From the NCBI GenBank assembly GCA_036172245.1, contig JAYWIR010000187.1, positions 1-36,746 of the forward strand: 36,746 bases of DNA, given 5' to 3'. Of this stretch, positions 23,501 through 33,510 are shown one piece after another. Each line of letters starts with the position of its first letter. The stretch's first letter is position 1. This DNA is from Raillietiella orientalis. Its lineage: Eukaryota. A program made the translations under genes and the position numbers. A model generated the notes under the pieces. It searched no databases. It saw nothing but the letters and a program-made list of their open reading frames with translations, and was not told the origin of the DNA.

Positions 23501-24080
23501 TCCCGGTATCACCGGCCAACAAGATGCGCGCATTCATTGCTGCGCACAACTCGTTGACCAGCTGTGCTCGTCTGTTGGGTGCACCTGCTAGCAGGCGGAG
23601 ATTGAAATCGCCCGCAATGAGGTGCGCCTTCCGTACGCCTGCTTTAGCCAGCCAGTCTCGCCGCAGGGATTCGAGGAACGCAGTACGTTCCTCGGCCCCG
23701 TGGTTGCTCACTGGCGCGTATATGTTCGTCACAACGAGGTCGATCGATTCGGACCACTTGAGAACAAGTTGTCCAACTCGACCGTCCCCGTCGAAGCGAA
23801 CGCTACGCAGAGAGTTTTCGACTGCCGGCTTCAGCAGAAAGGCCACTCCGCAGGAGTAGTCTGTTCCGTTCCTCCACAGTAGCCGCCCTCCTGTGATTCT
23901 TTCGAAATCCTGGCCTGCTTCTGTTGTGAGCACGTGAGTCTCTTGCAGTAGGGCCAGGTCGAAGTTTCGCAGAATGGCGGCTACGTCTCGCCTGTTCCCG
24001 TCGCTGCTCAACCCGTTGACGTTCCAACAGGTTATTCGCAAGCGGCTAGAGGAGGCGAGTCCACGCAATGGTGTTGTTAT
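20511..24080 (-). pseudogene. ORF2 (APE-RT-CCHC, about 1189 codons) of element I, with two nonsense codons
   Basis: ORFs 22548-24068, 20994-22529 and 20511-20993 share one frame, separated by TAG at 22548-22550 and 20994-20996. Confidence 0.93.
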
Positions 24081-25822
24081 GGTGGGGTGGAAGAAACCGC
24101 CTCCTGTTCAGAAGACGGGTGGTCCGGGTCCATGTCGTTGGAGTGTTCAGGGGCATCGCTCACTCCGTCGGCCGTGGACTGTGCTAACAGTTGGTAAAGG
24201 ATGCTCTCAGGCACGGAGTCGCATTGTGCAACGCACATGGACTCTTCCTCGCTGTCAGATGCCATTTCAACCTCTTCCTGAGAGGTGACAGCACGCCTAC
24301 GAGCACCTGTTGCATTTTTATGTTTTCTTTTCGGCAAGCCAACGGAGGGCGAGTTCCCGCTTTCGGCGTCAGACTCGGAGGTTTCCGGGTCTTTTGCCGT
24401 AGCCGGGCGTCGAACGGCCTTCTTCTCGGCCTTGACGGGCTGCCTCAGGAAGGCAGCCAACTCTTCCGCGGCTTGCGCGAAGTTTGCATCAGAGATGCGT
24501 TCCCCGTCATCACGGATTTCGCCGCCTGTTGGCGAGTCGGGTGACGTAACAACCGATTCGATAGCGGCAACTGGCGCGCTATCGTTCGGAACCGCAGCGG
24601 CTGAGCTTTCGCTCGCCGCTACAACGCTTCCAGTGGACTGGACTGGAACAATAGATTCGATCGCGGCAACGTGTGCCGCGCTTTCGATCGCGACCGTAGC
24701 GATTTCGCCGCACGAAGGCGGAACCGCTTTATCGATCGACGCCGCGGGTGCGGTATCGATCGATGGCTTGCTGGTGGAAGCCTTCGCGGGAACGCGATCG
24801 ATGTGCACGGTGGAACGGCGGACGGTTTTTGCCACCATTTTCACCGTTTTCTTGGGGGCCTTACCTTTCCCTTTGCTTTCCTTCTTTTTCACCAACTGCC
24901 AACTGTTTTCGGCGACAGTTTCGCCTTCCTCCGGTTTTTGTTCCACTGGCGTCGATATCTCGCCTGTCTGGGAGGTTTCACTCGATTGGGGATCCTGTTT
25001 GTCCGGTTCCTGTGGCGACTCTGTTCTCTTGTTGCCAACAGGAGTGGAAGCAAAACGAAGAGGGCACACCTTTCTTACGTGGCCCTTGTTACCGCAGCGT
25101 AGACACACGATGTTGGGGCACCTCCGTTTAACTTGCCCTGTAGTCTCGCAGTTTCCGCAAAATTTGGGTTTCCCTATGTACCACAGATCAATGTATTCTT
25201 CATCGACCTGAAGTCGGTGGGGTAAACCACTATCCTCGCGGACTGTCACACGCGCGGCGGCATAGCCACTGAACGCCCTAGTATAGCCCAGGGTGTTCGG
25301 CTTAGCCCACAGAGCGTGGACGGTCCCGTACTTTTCCAGTTCCTGCCTAACGGCATTTTTCGCCATTCGCATCGTCAACCCGGTCAGGTGGATGACGATC
25401 GATTTGTCGGCAGTAAACGGGAAGATCCTTCTCCCGTTCACGGTCACCGGGCATCTCAGCAACTACTGAGTCATTCCTGCAGTTTTGCAGTTCAGCTCCA
25501 CTAGCTGACCGCCACTGCGAACGGAAAGGCCGAGAACTTCTTCTTCCGGCACTTTCAGTTTTTTAAATTCCGCGGCAAACGTTCTCAACATCGCGGGAGA
25601 ATAAAGCCCACCTACCTTATACAGTAGGGCCGGGTTATATCCGTGGGACTCATAGGCCCGCTGTTCCTCGCATGGTGGCGGCGCGGGAGCCGCCACCACC
25701 GCACTCCAAGACCTCGCCGGGGCGGGGGACGAATCTGTGGGGGAGATGGCCCCCACATCCATGGGCTGAGGGGACAAGGCACGCCCGTCCCCCTTTTCCG
25801 CATTGGCGGTGTCCTCAGGCAT
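24077..25822 (-). pseudogene. ORF1 (gag-like, two CCHC knuckles, low-complexity C-terminus) of element I, with one nonsense codon
   Basis: ATG at 25822 (MPEDTA), in-frame TAG at 25463-25465, knuckles CGNCETTGQVKRRC and CLRCGNKGHVRKVC. Confidence 0.9.
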
Positions 25823-25906
25823 TTCTGCCTTCAAAACACCGCCCAAACACCACACAACCTACAACCTCGCGCTAAAACGCAGGAGCAGCAAAAGAAACAC
25901 GTCTGC

Positions 25907-25916
25907 CGTCACTGCG
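25907..25916. repeat. Right target-site duplication of element I (CGTCACTGCG)
   Basis: Identical to 20253-20262. Confidence 0.95.
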
Positions 25917-27028
25917 GGCACGACCGGCTCAGGATCGACGGTATCGATCGCCTTTACCGTTACTTTCTTTACGGCTCTGGCGATCGAGACGCGTTCGATC
26001 TTCACCGTACAAGCGCGGACGACCGGTTTCTGCTTTTTCGGCGCCGACTTGTTTATTTTTTTTGCCTCCTTCTTCTGGGGCTTCTTCCTTTCTACCTTTT
26101 GCCAACCTTCCTCGTTCTCGGCGCTTTCTCCAGCTGGTAGTTCGCTGGTGGATGCCTGAGTAGCGGGTTGGTCGGCAGGGCGGGGTTCTGCCAGTTGTTG
26201 GCTTCGGTCCTTTTCCTTCGGCGTCTCATCCTTTCTCGCGCCTGACAGAACGGACCTTTTTCGGTTCGGGCACATCCGAATGATGTGCCCCTTCTCCCCA
26301 CAGCCCAAGCACACGATGTTGGGGCATTTCTTCTTCAGGTGCCCCGACACCTGGCAAAAGCCCCAGTATACGGGTTTCCCCACATACCACAGGTCGATCT
26401 CCTCCTCCCCGACCTGCAGTCTGTGGGGTAGCCCACCCTCGGCACGTACCGTCACGCGCGCAGCGGCATAACCACTAAATGCCCTGGTATAACCAAGGAC
26501 AGTAGGTTTTGCCCACAACGCGTGAACGGTCCCGAACTTCTCTAACGATTCTCGCACGGCGCTCTTTGCCATGCGCATCGTTATGCCGGTCAAATGCACC
26601 ACGATCAAATTGTCGGCCGTGAACGGGAAGATCCTTCTCCCGTTCACGGTGACCGGCAGGCGGAGCAGCTGCTGAGCCATCCCTGCAGACTTGCAGTTCA
26701 GCTCAACCAGCTGCCCGCCACTCCATACCGAAAGTCCGAGGACTTCGTCCTCCGGGACTTTTAATTTTTTAAACTCGGCCGCGAACGACCGCAAAACCGC
26801 GGGGGAGTACAGGCCACCTACCTTGTATAACAAGGCCGGGTTATACCCGTCGGCCATGTAGGCCCGCTGTTCCTCTGCGGGGGGCGGCGCAGGCGCCGCC
26901 ACCACCGCGCTCCAAGCCCTCGCCGGGGCGGGGGACGATTCCGTGGGGGAGATGGCCCCCACATCCATGGGCTGGGGGGACGAGGCTCGCTCGCCCCCCT
27001 CCGCCGTCTTTGCGGCGTCCTCGGGCAT
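25907..27028 (-). pseudogene. N-terminal part of ORF1 of element H
   Basis: MPEDAAK..RAWSAVVAAP..CQVSGHLKKKC..CLGCGEKGHIIRMC, closely similar to ORF1 of I. Confidence 0.9.
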
Positions 27029-27138
27029 CCCTGCCCAGGAACAACCGCTCAACCCTGAAAACTCCGAAAACACTGGCGAGAAAAACGCGGAGCACCACAA
27101 AAGCACGTCCACCCTCTCAGGAGCGCCGTCGCAAGTCC

Positions 27139-27726
27139 CGGCCAGCTGATTCTCAGGTGGTCCGATACGATCGATTTCTTCGTAACAAATCTGTAAGCTC
27201 CGAGCGGTACTAGCAGGTACCCGGAACGTAAGGCGTTCCTAGAAACCCTGAAGCGCGACTGATTGGTGGAAGCGAACGTGCTCATGGCTCACCTGATAGC
27301 GGAAGACCACAGTTTCCGCAAGCTATCAGGTGAGCCACTCGCACAGGAACGGGCGGCTAACGAGTTGTGCGTCGCCATGCGCACGCGCAACTTGTTAGGG
27401 GATCTCCCGCAAATGGTCAGCAGCATCTAACACGTCTTCCTGGACGTCGACCTGTGATCACGGGTCGGCAAACGGGGCAAAGTTGCGTCGGCACTGTCTG
27501 ACCATTTATGGTTGATATTCTAGGTGTAACCACGCGACAAGGACCCCCTATTTAGCGCGTGCCGTCTGCCTGCGCACTGGACGCGGCTCAGGTGCAAAGG
27601 AACCCCCTTGCGTATTCCTGAGAGGCGTCACCCTCCGCAATCTGAAGGATTGCAACCTATTTAAGGCCTCGGTCCGCGAGTTTTCCGAGGAGTTCCGCTT
27701 GCACCGCTCGCCCCGGGGATTTGGGG
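27139..27726 (+). mobile_element. Piece J: degraded APE fragment ending at HRSPRGFG
   Basis: Translates as GQLILRWSDTID..HLIA..HVFLD..LSDH..LRGVTLRNL..SVREFSEEFRLHRSPRGFG, with several stops. Confidence 0.85.
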
Positions 27727-30570
27727 TTATCATCCTGGTACGCTTGGGGGGTTTATTAATAAACACTACATGCGTGGTACAAGGCCCCACCACGACCGTA
27801 AGCACATGACCTGTCGGGACACCGGGACGCAGCCCGGCGTGGCATTTCCCGACAGCGAAAGGGGATGAGGGGAGAAAACCAAAAGAAAAATAAAGAAATA
27901 AAAAAAAAAAAAAGAGTTTGGAGGGCAGAGTAGGGATTACTGGTCACTGTGAGGAGGGCCCATCCTTCGAAGGAAGCCCTCGAGGTCCCTCCGTATATAT
28001 ACCAGATAAGGACATCGAGCAGCTATCCGCAAGAAGTGCACTGCATACTGGATGACGTCCCTCCCGTTTTCGTCCACATCTTCGTTTCTGGCATCGCTCC
28101 AGGCCGCAACGATGCCTCGGACGCAGCACAGGGCTGCGAGGGCTGCCGCTGGCAGCAGGACGTCCTTCAAGAAGAGGAGCCGGAGAACGTCTCTGAATGC
28201 ACTGCCCATAGGGATCCCGAGGGTCATCCCGAACCGTTCCCAGAGGGGTCGGAGGGCAGCACGATCCACAATCAGGTGGGGGAGCGACTCCCGCTCCTTG
28301 CACCTGCCACACGCAGGATCCACAGCTCCCCTCGTCCAGTGGAAGCGGCGCGAGTTGCAGGGTAGACCCCAGTGCAACAGGAGCAACGCCGACACTTGCC
28401 ACTTGAGGGGAAGGATCCTGGATTACTTCATCACCGGGGGCCACTTCAGCTCATTCCTGGGTATGACGAGCAGCTCGCCCCATCTTAAAAACCCTCCCGG
28501 CTGGAAGCTCGCGGTCGTGGCGTCTGCCAGTTCTTCTGTTGTCCAGCCGCTTATCAACTTCTCCCGTCCCTCGATGCAGCAGGAGACTTGCCACCTTGGC
28601 GTCCAACTGCTGTGAAGCGCCCTCCTCAGGAAGGGCAGCGCCGTAGCCAGGCAGGTTGTCTCTGCCCACGTGCTTCTAGCTGGACTCTGCAAGAGATTCC
28701 TCAGAGTGCAGCGGGCGTAATGGCCGCATTGGAGACGATTCCACGTTACGTGGCTTCTCTGGTTCACCACTGCCCACGTTCCAATATTTTCCTCCAGCCA
28801 GGCGAAGGAGTTGGCAAGGCAGCAAACCATCCTGCTGTTCTCCATGGCCAACGATGCCATGCGCCCGAGCTGTAGGCCAGCACTTCTGATCTTCCGGCCC
28901 GGGCACAGAAGAAAAGAAGCGAGTCCCTCGCACCGGGACACACGACTGGCGAGGAGGCGAGCCGGAACGCACCACGGGGTGCTCCACATCTTCGCTGCGA
29001 TGGCGAGAGTACGCCATCACAGAAGTTCCTCCACGCGCTCCATTGTCAGGAGGATAAGTCTGCCGTCGCGACGAGGAGCGCACAAGTCCTTCAGAGGGAC
29101 TCGGGGCCTCCCCTTGCCCCAGAGAGCGAAACGGAGGAGGTCCTTTGTCCTCTATTTGGTTTCCACGGTGGGGGACAAACAGAAAGCGAGGAACGGAGGA
29201 TGGGGGCCGCGAAGGCGTTCCAAACCGCGGCCCGTTCTGACAAGTGGAACTTGCCTTCGAGGAACGGGCCGATCGCCGTCTCGACTTTTTGGAGGCAGCT
29301 CGACCACGCTTTCTCAGGGGAGTATTCCTTCAACGGCACACCAAGGTACTTGAAGCACCTCGCAGTGCGGATCCCCAGACGGACCCAGTCCTGCTGCCCT
29401 GCCCACGCCGCACCTATTGGCACAACCGACGACCTCGCCCTGTTAACCTGCAGTCCGGTCCCGCGGCTGAGCAGATCGAAGAAGTCTCCGACCGCCTTTG
29501 CCGGGGTGGACATTGGCAACAAGAGCAGAAGATCGTCGGCGTACGCTGCTACGGCGGGCGTGCCAAGGCACGAGCTCGGCAAGGGGGCCAAAGTCACCCT
29601 CTACGCTCTCAGCACCAAATCAAAGTAGGTGCTAAAGAGCAGGGGGCTGAGGCTATCGCCCTGTCTTATGCCCCGCCGCCCCGGCACGCCATACACCTTC
29701 TGTCCACTGAAACAGACGGTAATCATCGCATTCCGCCAGCAAGAGCGCAGGAAGGAAATCAGGGAGGGTGGGAAGCTGATGCGACCCAGCAGCTCCAAGA
29801 GGAGTTCCTGGTCTTCACAGTCAAATGCCTTGTGAAGATCGACTGCGAGAGCTACTGCCCCCTTCCCCGAACGGGGGTCTCTTCTTAGCCCAAATGGCGG
29901 CCCCAATGCGGGGTTGCCGACTTTCCCTATCCCTTTCTTATGTCTTCTCTGCAGGTGCGAACATGTGCTTGCGAAGAAGAGGTTGGCATCCATAGTTCGC
30001 CCGGAAACAGCATATTTCTGCTCCGGGCTAATTATGGATTCTGCCACCTGCCCCAGACGCTAAGCCCTTTGCCCGGCAACCAACTTGCGTTCGTATTCAG
30101 GATCGTGATTGGACGGCAGTTCTTTAAATCTCTGAAGTCTTCCCCTTTCGGAAGGAGCCTTACTCTGGCTGACCGAAACGAGGCGGGAACATCGCCTTCG
30201 TCTCGGATCAGCCTTGTCAGCCTAAGCAGCAGGGGTGCCAGCTCTTCCGCGAAGCTCTGATAGAACTCCGCGGACAAGTAGTCTTCCCCTGGAGCTTTCC
30301 GCCTCTTAAGCCTTTTGATACCGGCGAGAATTTCGCCGGTGGTAAAAGGCTCATCGAGGCTTAACGACTCCTCCTTTCCTATTTCCGGGCGCCATCCGGA
30401 AGCAAGCGCCTAGAGGCGTCTCGATCCGGGGGCTCCATGGCGTAAAGATAGGAATAAGAACTGCGCACGAGATGACGTACCGACGCCGGGGAAGAACATT
30501 CCCGACCCTGGTCGTCCAGCAAGCTGGCCGACTTGGATTGCTAGGCTTGACGTTCAAACCCGGCGATGCC
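27727..30570 (-). mobile_element. Piece K: linker-to-3'-end part of an element (RT, CCHC, 3' UTR)
   Basis: VDLHKAFDC, QGDSLSP, AYADD, CGRCKERESLPHLIVD. Structured 3' UTR at 27727-27935. Confidence 0.9.
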
Positions 30571-33510
30571 ACCCGGATATGCCGCCACGTTTATTAAAAA
30601 CATTTCTACAGTCAATACAGAACGTGGTACAATGCCCCACTGACCACCACGCAATACCGGAACTGCCGGGACACCGGGACGCAGACCGGTGTGGCTCTCC
30701 TCGGCAGTGGAGGGAGATATGGGAGAAAGCAGAAATAAAATAAAAAGAGAAAAACAAACAATAAAAGGAGTTTGAAGGGCCAAGAAGGGATAACACTAAT
30801 CTCCTGGGAGGGCCCATCCTTTGCAGGATGCCTTCTAGTTACATTTTCAAATTTCCTAGATGGGGCCATCGGGTAGCCCTCTGCAGGAAGCAAGAAGCAT
30901 ACTCGATGACGTCCCTCACGATGCAATCTTCATCTTCGGCATCACTCCAGGCCGCCACGATACCACGAATGCAGCAAAGTGCTGCCAGGACTGCGACTGG
31001 ACTGAGGGCGTCCCGCACGAAGACAAGACTGAGGACACATCATACGTTGCCACCATCCGGTATCCCAAGGGTTGTTTTTCGACGATCCCAAAGAATCCGG
31101 ATGGCAGGGAATACAACTTAGAGGTGGGGGAGCGACTCCCGCTACCCACACCTGGCACACGCAGGATTTTCAATTCCCCGCGTCCAGTAAAAGCGGCGCG
31201 TGTTGGAGGGTAGACACCAATGCAGCCATAGAAGCGCCGATTCTTGCCACTTCAGGGGAAGAATCCTGAATCCAAGTAGAAACGGAGGCCACTTCAGATC
31301 ATCCAATCGAATGCCGAGCAGTTCGCCCCATCTTTTTAATCCACGCGGCTGGAGACTAGGGGTCGTTGCATCTGTCAACTCTCCCATGGTACAGCCGCTC
31401 ATCATCTTCTCTCTGCCTGCGATACGGCAGCAGACTTGCCACCTTGGTTTCCGGCTTTCGTGAAGCGCTCTTTGGAGGAAGGGCATCGCCGTTACAACGA
31501 GTGTGCCTTCCGCCCACGTGCAACTCGATGGAAATTTAAGAATTTCACGCAAAGCTCGACGGGCGTAAATGCCAACTCGCAGGCAGTTCATCCGGTCTTC
31601 GCACCTCTGGTTCTGCTTGGCCCAGGTGCCAGCAGCCTCGAGCCAAGCGGAGAAGTTGGCGGGTCCACAAACCATCCAGTCGTTCTCCTTTGCCGGGGTT
31701 GCCATTCGGCCGAGCAGTAGACCACATCTTCGAATCTTCTGGTCAGAGCACAGAAGAAACGATACGAGTCCTTCGCAGCGGGACACACGCTTGGCCAGAA
31801 GGCGGGCGGCAATGCACCAAGCGGTGCTCCACATCTTCGCAGCGATGGCCAGGGTACGCCACCGCAGCTGCTTCTCCACGCGCTCCAGCGTAAGGAGGCC
31901 AAGACCGCCGTCCCGACGCGAAGCGCACAAGTCCTTCAAAGGGACTTGGGGCCTCCCCTTGCCCCAAAGAGCTATGCGCAGGAGCTCCTTCGTCCGCTTT
32001 TTGATTCCACAAGGGAAAGGCAACCAAAAAGCAAGGGGAGGAGGATAAGGGCCGCGAAGGCGTTCCAAACCGCGGCCCGTTTCGGCAAGTGAAACTTACC
32101 TTCCAGGAACGGGCCGATCGCCGTCTCGACTTTTTAGAGGCAGCTTGACCACGCTTCCGCCGGGGAGCAGGCCCCCAACGGCACACCGAGATACTTAATG
32201 CACCTCACCGTGGGAATCCTCAGACGGACCCAGTCCTGCTGCCCTGCCCACGTCGCTCCAACTGGCAACACTGACGACTTCGCCCTGTTAACCTGTAATC
32301 CGGCCCCACGGCTAAGCAGGTCGAAGAAATCTCCGACCGCCCTCGCCGGGGTGGACATAGGTAAGAGGAGCAGAAGATCGTCGGCATACGCCGCTACGGC
32401 TGGCGTGCCGGGGCACGAGCTCGGCAAGGGGGCCAAAGTCACCCTGTACCCTCTCAGCACCAACTCAGCGTAGGTGCTAAAAAGCAGGGGGCTGAGGCTG
32501 TCGCACTGCCGTATGCCCCGCCGTACCGGCACGTCATACACCTTTTGTCCTCGGAAAGTAATTGAGATTATCGCGTTCCGCCAGCAAGAGCGCAGGTAGG
32601 TAATCAAGGAGGGTGGGAAGCCCATGCGAACCAGGAGCTCCAAGAGGAGTTCCTGGTCAACACAGACGAATGCCTTATGGAGGTCGACTGCGATCCCTAA
32701 GGTCCCCTTTCCCGCATGAGGGTCCCTACCTTGTCCCACTGGCGGCCCCAAAGAAGGGTTGCAAATTTTCCCTTTCCCTTCTTTATTTCTCCGCTGCCCG
32801 TGCATCCATGTGCTCGCGAAGAAGAGGTTGTCCTCCATACTTCGCCCGGGAACAGCGTAAGTCTGCCCCGGGCGAATTATCGAATTGGACATTTGCCCAA
32901 TCGCGACGCCCACAGCCCGGCAATCAACTTGGCGTCCGTGTTCACAATCGTGATCGGACGCCAGTTGCAAAGTTTCCTGAGGTCTCCTCCCTTCGGGAGG
33001 AGCCTCACCCTGGCTGACCGAAACGAGGCAGGAACATCGCCTTCGTCTCGGATTCGCCTTGTCAACTCCAGCACCAGGGGTCCAGCTCTTTCGCGAAGCT
33101 CTGAAAGAACTCCGCGGGCAAGCCGTCCTATCCTGGCGCCTTACGTTTCTTGAGCCTTATGATACCGGCGAGAATTTCACCGATCGTGAAAGGCTCATCG
33201 AGGCTTTCTCTCTCCTCCTCCCCTATCGCCACGGAACCACTCATGAGCAATCGCCGCGAGGCGTCTTGTTCGGGTGGTGTTTTGGCGTAAAGGAAGGAAT
33301 AGAAAAATCGCACGAGTTTCCGTACCGCAGACGGGGACGAACGATCCCGGCCCAGGTTATCCAGCATTCTGGATGACCCGGATTGCCAGGCTTGTCGCTC
33401 GGCCCCGGCGCGGTATTCGGCCAGGCGACGGACATTGGGGTTCTTCTCGTGACGACGCGCGTACAAATACGCGCGTTCGTTGCGAGCCCCTTTGCCGAAT
33501 CCCTGGGCGA
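30571..33510 (-). mobile_element. Piece L: linker-to-3'-end part of an element, same lineage as K
   Basis: Starts at (L)AQGFGKG. Contains RT motifs and CARCG. Its 3' UTR (30571-30795) resembles that of K. Confidence 0.9.

Larger units (their letters stand above)
20263..25906 (-). mobile_element. Element I: complete 5644-bp L1/Tx1-like element, the best-preserved copy
   Basis: Both termini and a perfect TSD are present. ORF1 and ORF2 are colinear, with no frameshifts and only three in-frame TAG stops. Confidence 0.95.
15891..27112 (-). mobile_element. Element H: full-length L1/Tx1-like element interrupted in ORF1 by element I
   Basis: 5' end GTGGACGTG at 27112, 84-nt 5' UTR, ORF1 ATG at 27028, ORF2 to 16142, and 3' hairpins to 15891. 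Confidence 0.92.

Noticed and set aside
24285..25211. Long antisense ORFs (24285-25211 +, 34107-34907 -, 19007-19765 +)
   Set aside because: These are shadows of GC-rich ORF1/ORF2 coding sequence, with no motifs and no conservation of their boundaries between copies.
20994..25465. All three stops in element I are TAG, suggesting stop-codon reassignment or readthrough
   Set aside because: They replace different residues (Q, Y, E). Other copies show TAA and TGA nonsense changes, and TAG is also the natural ORF2 stop.
25823..25906. HDV-like ribozyme in the 5' UTR, as in R2 and some other LINEs
   Set aside because: The 84-nt UTR is G/T-rich, and no nested double pseudoknot pairing was visible by eye.
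27113..27138. Possible TSD for element H (TCAGG..GCGCC(G)GTCG near 15868-15885 and 27117-27131)
   Set aside because: It needs several gaps and mismatches and does not abut the termini, so it is too weak to call.
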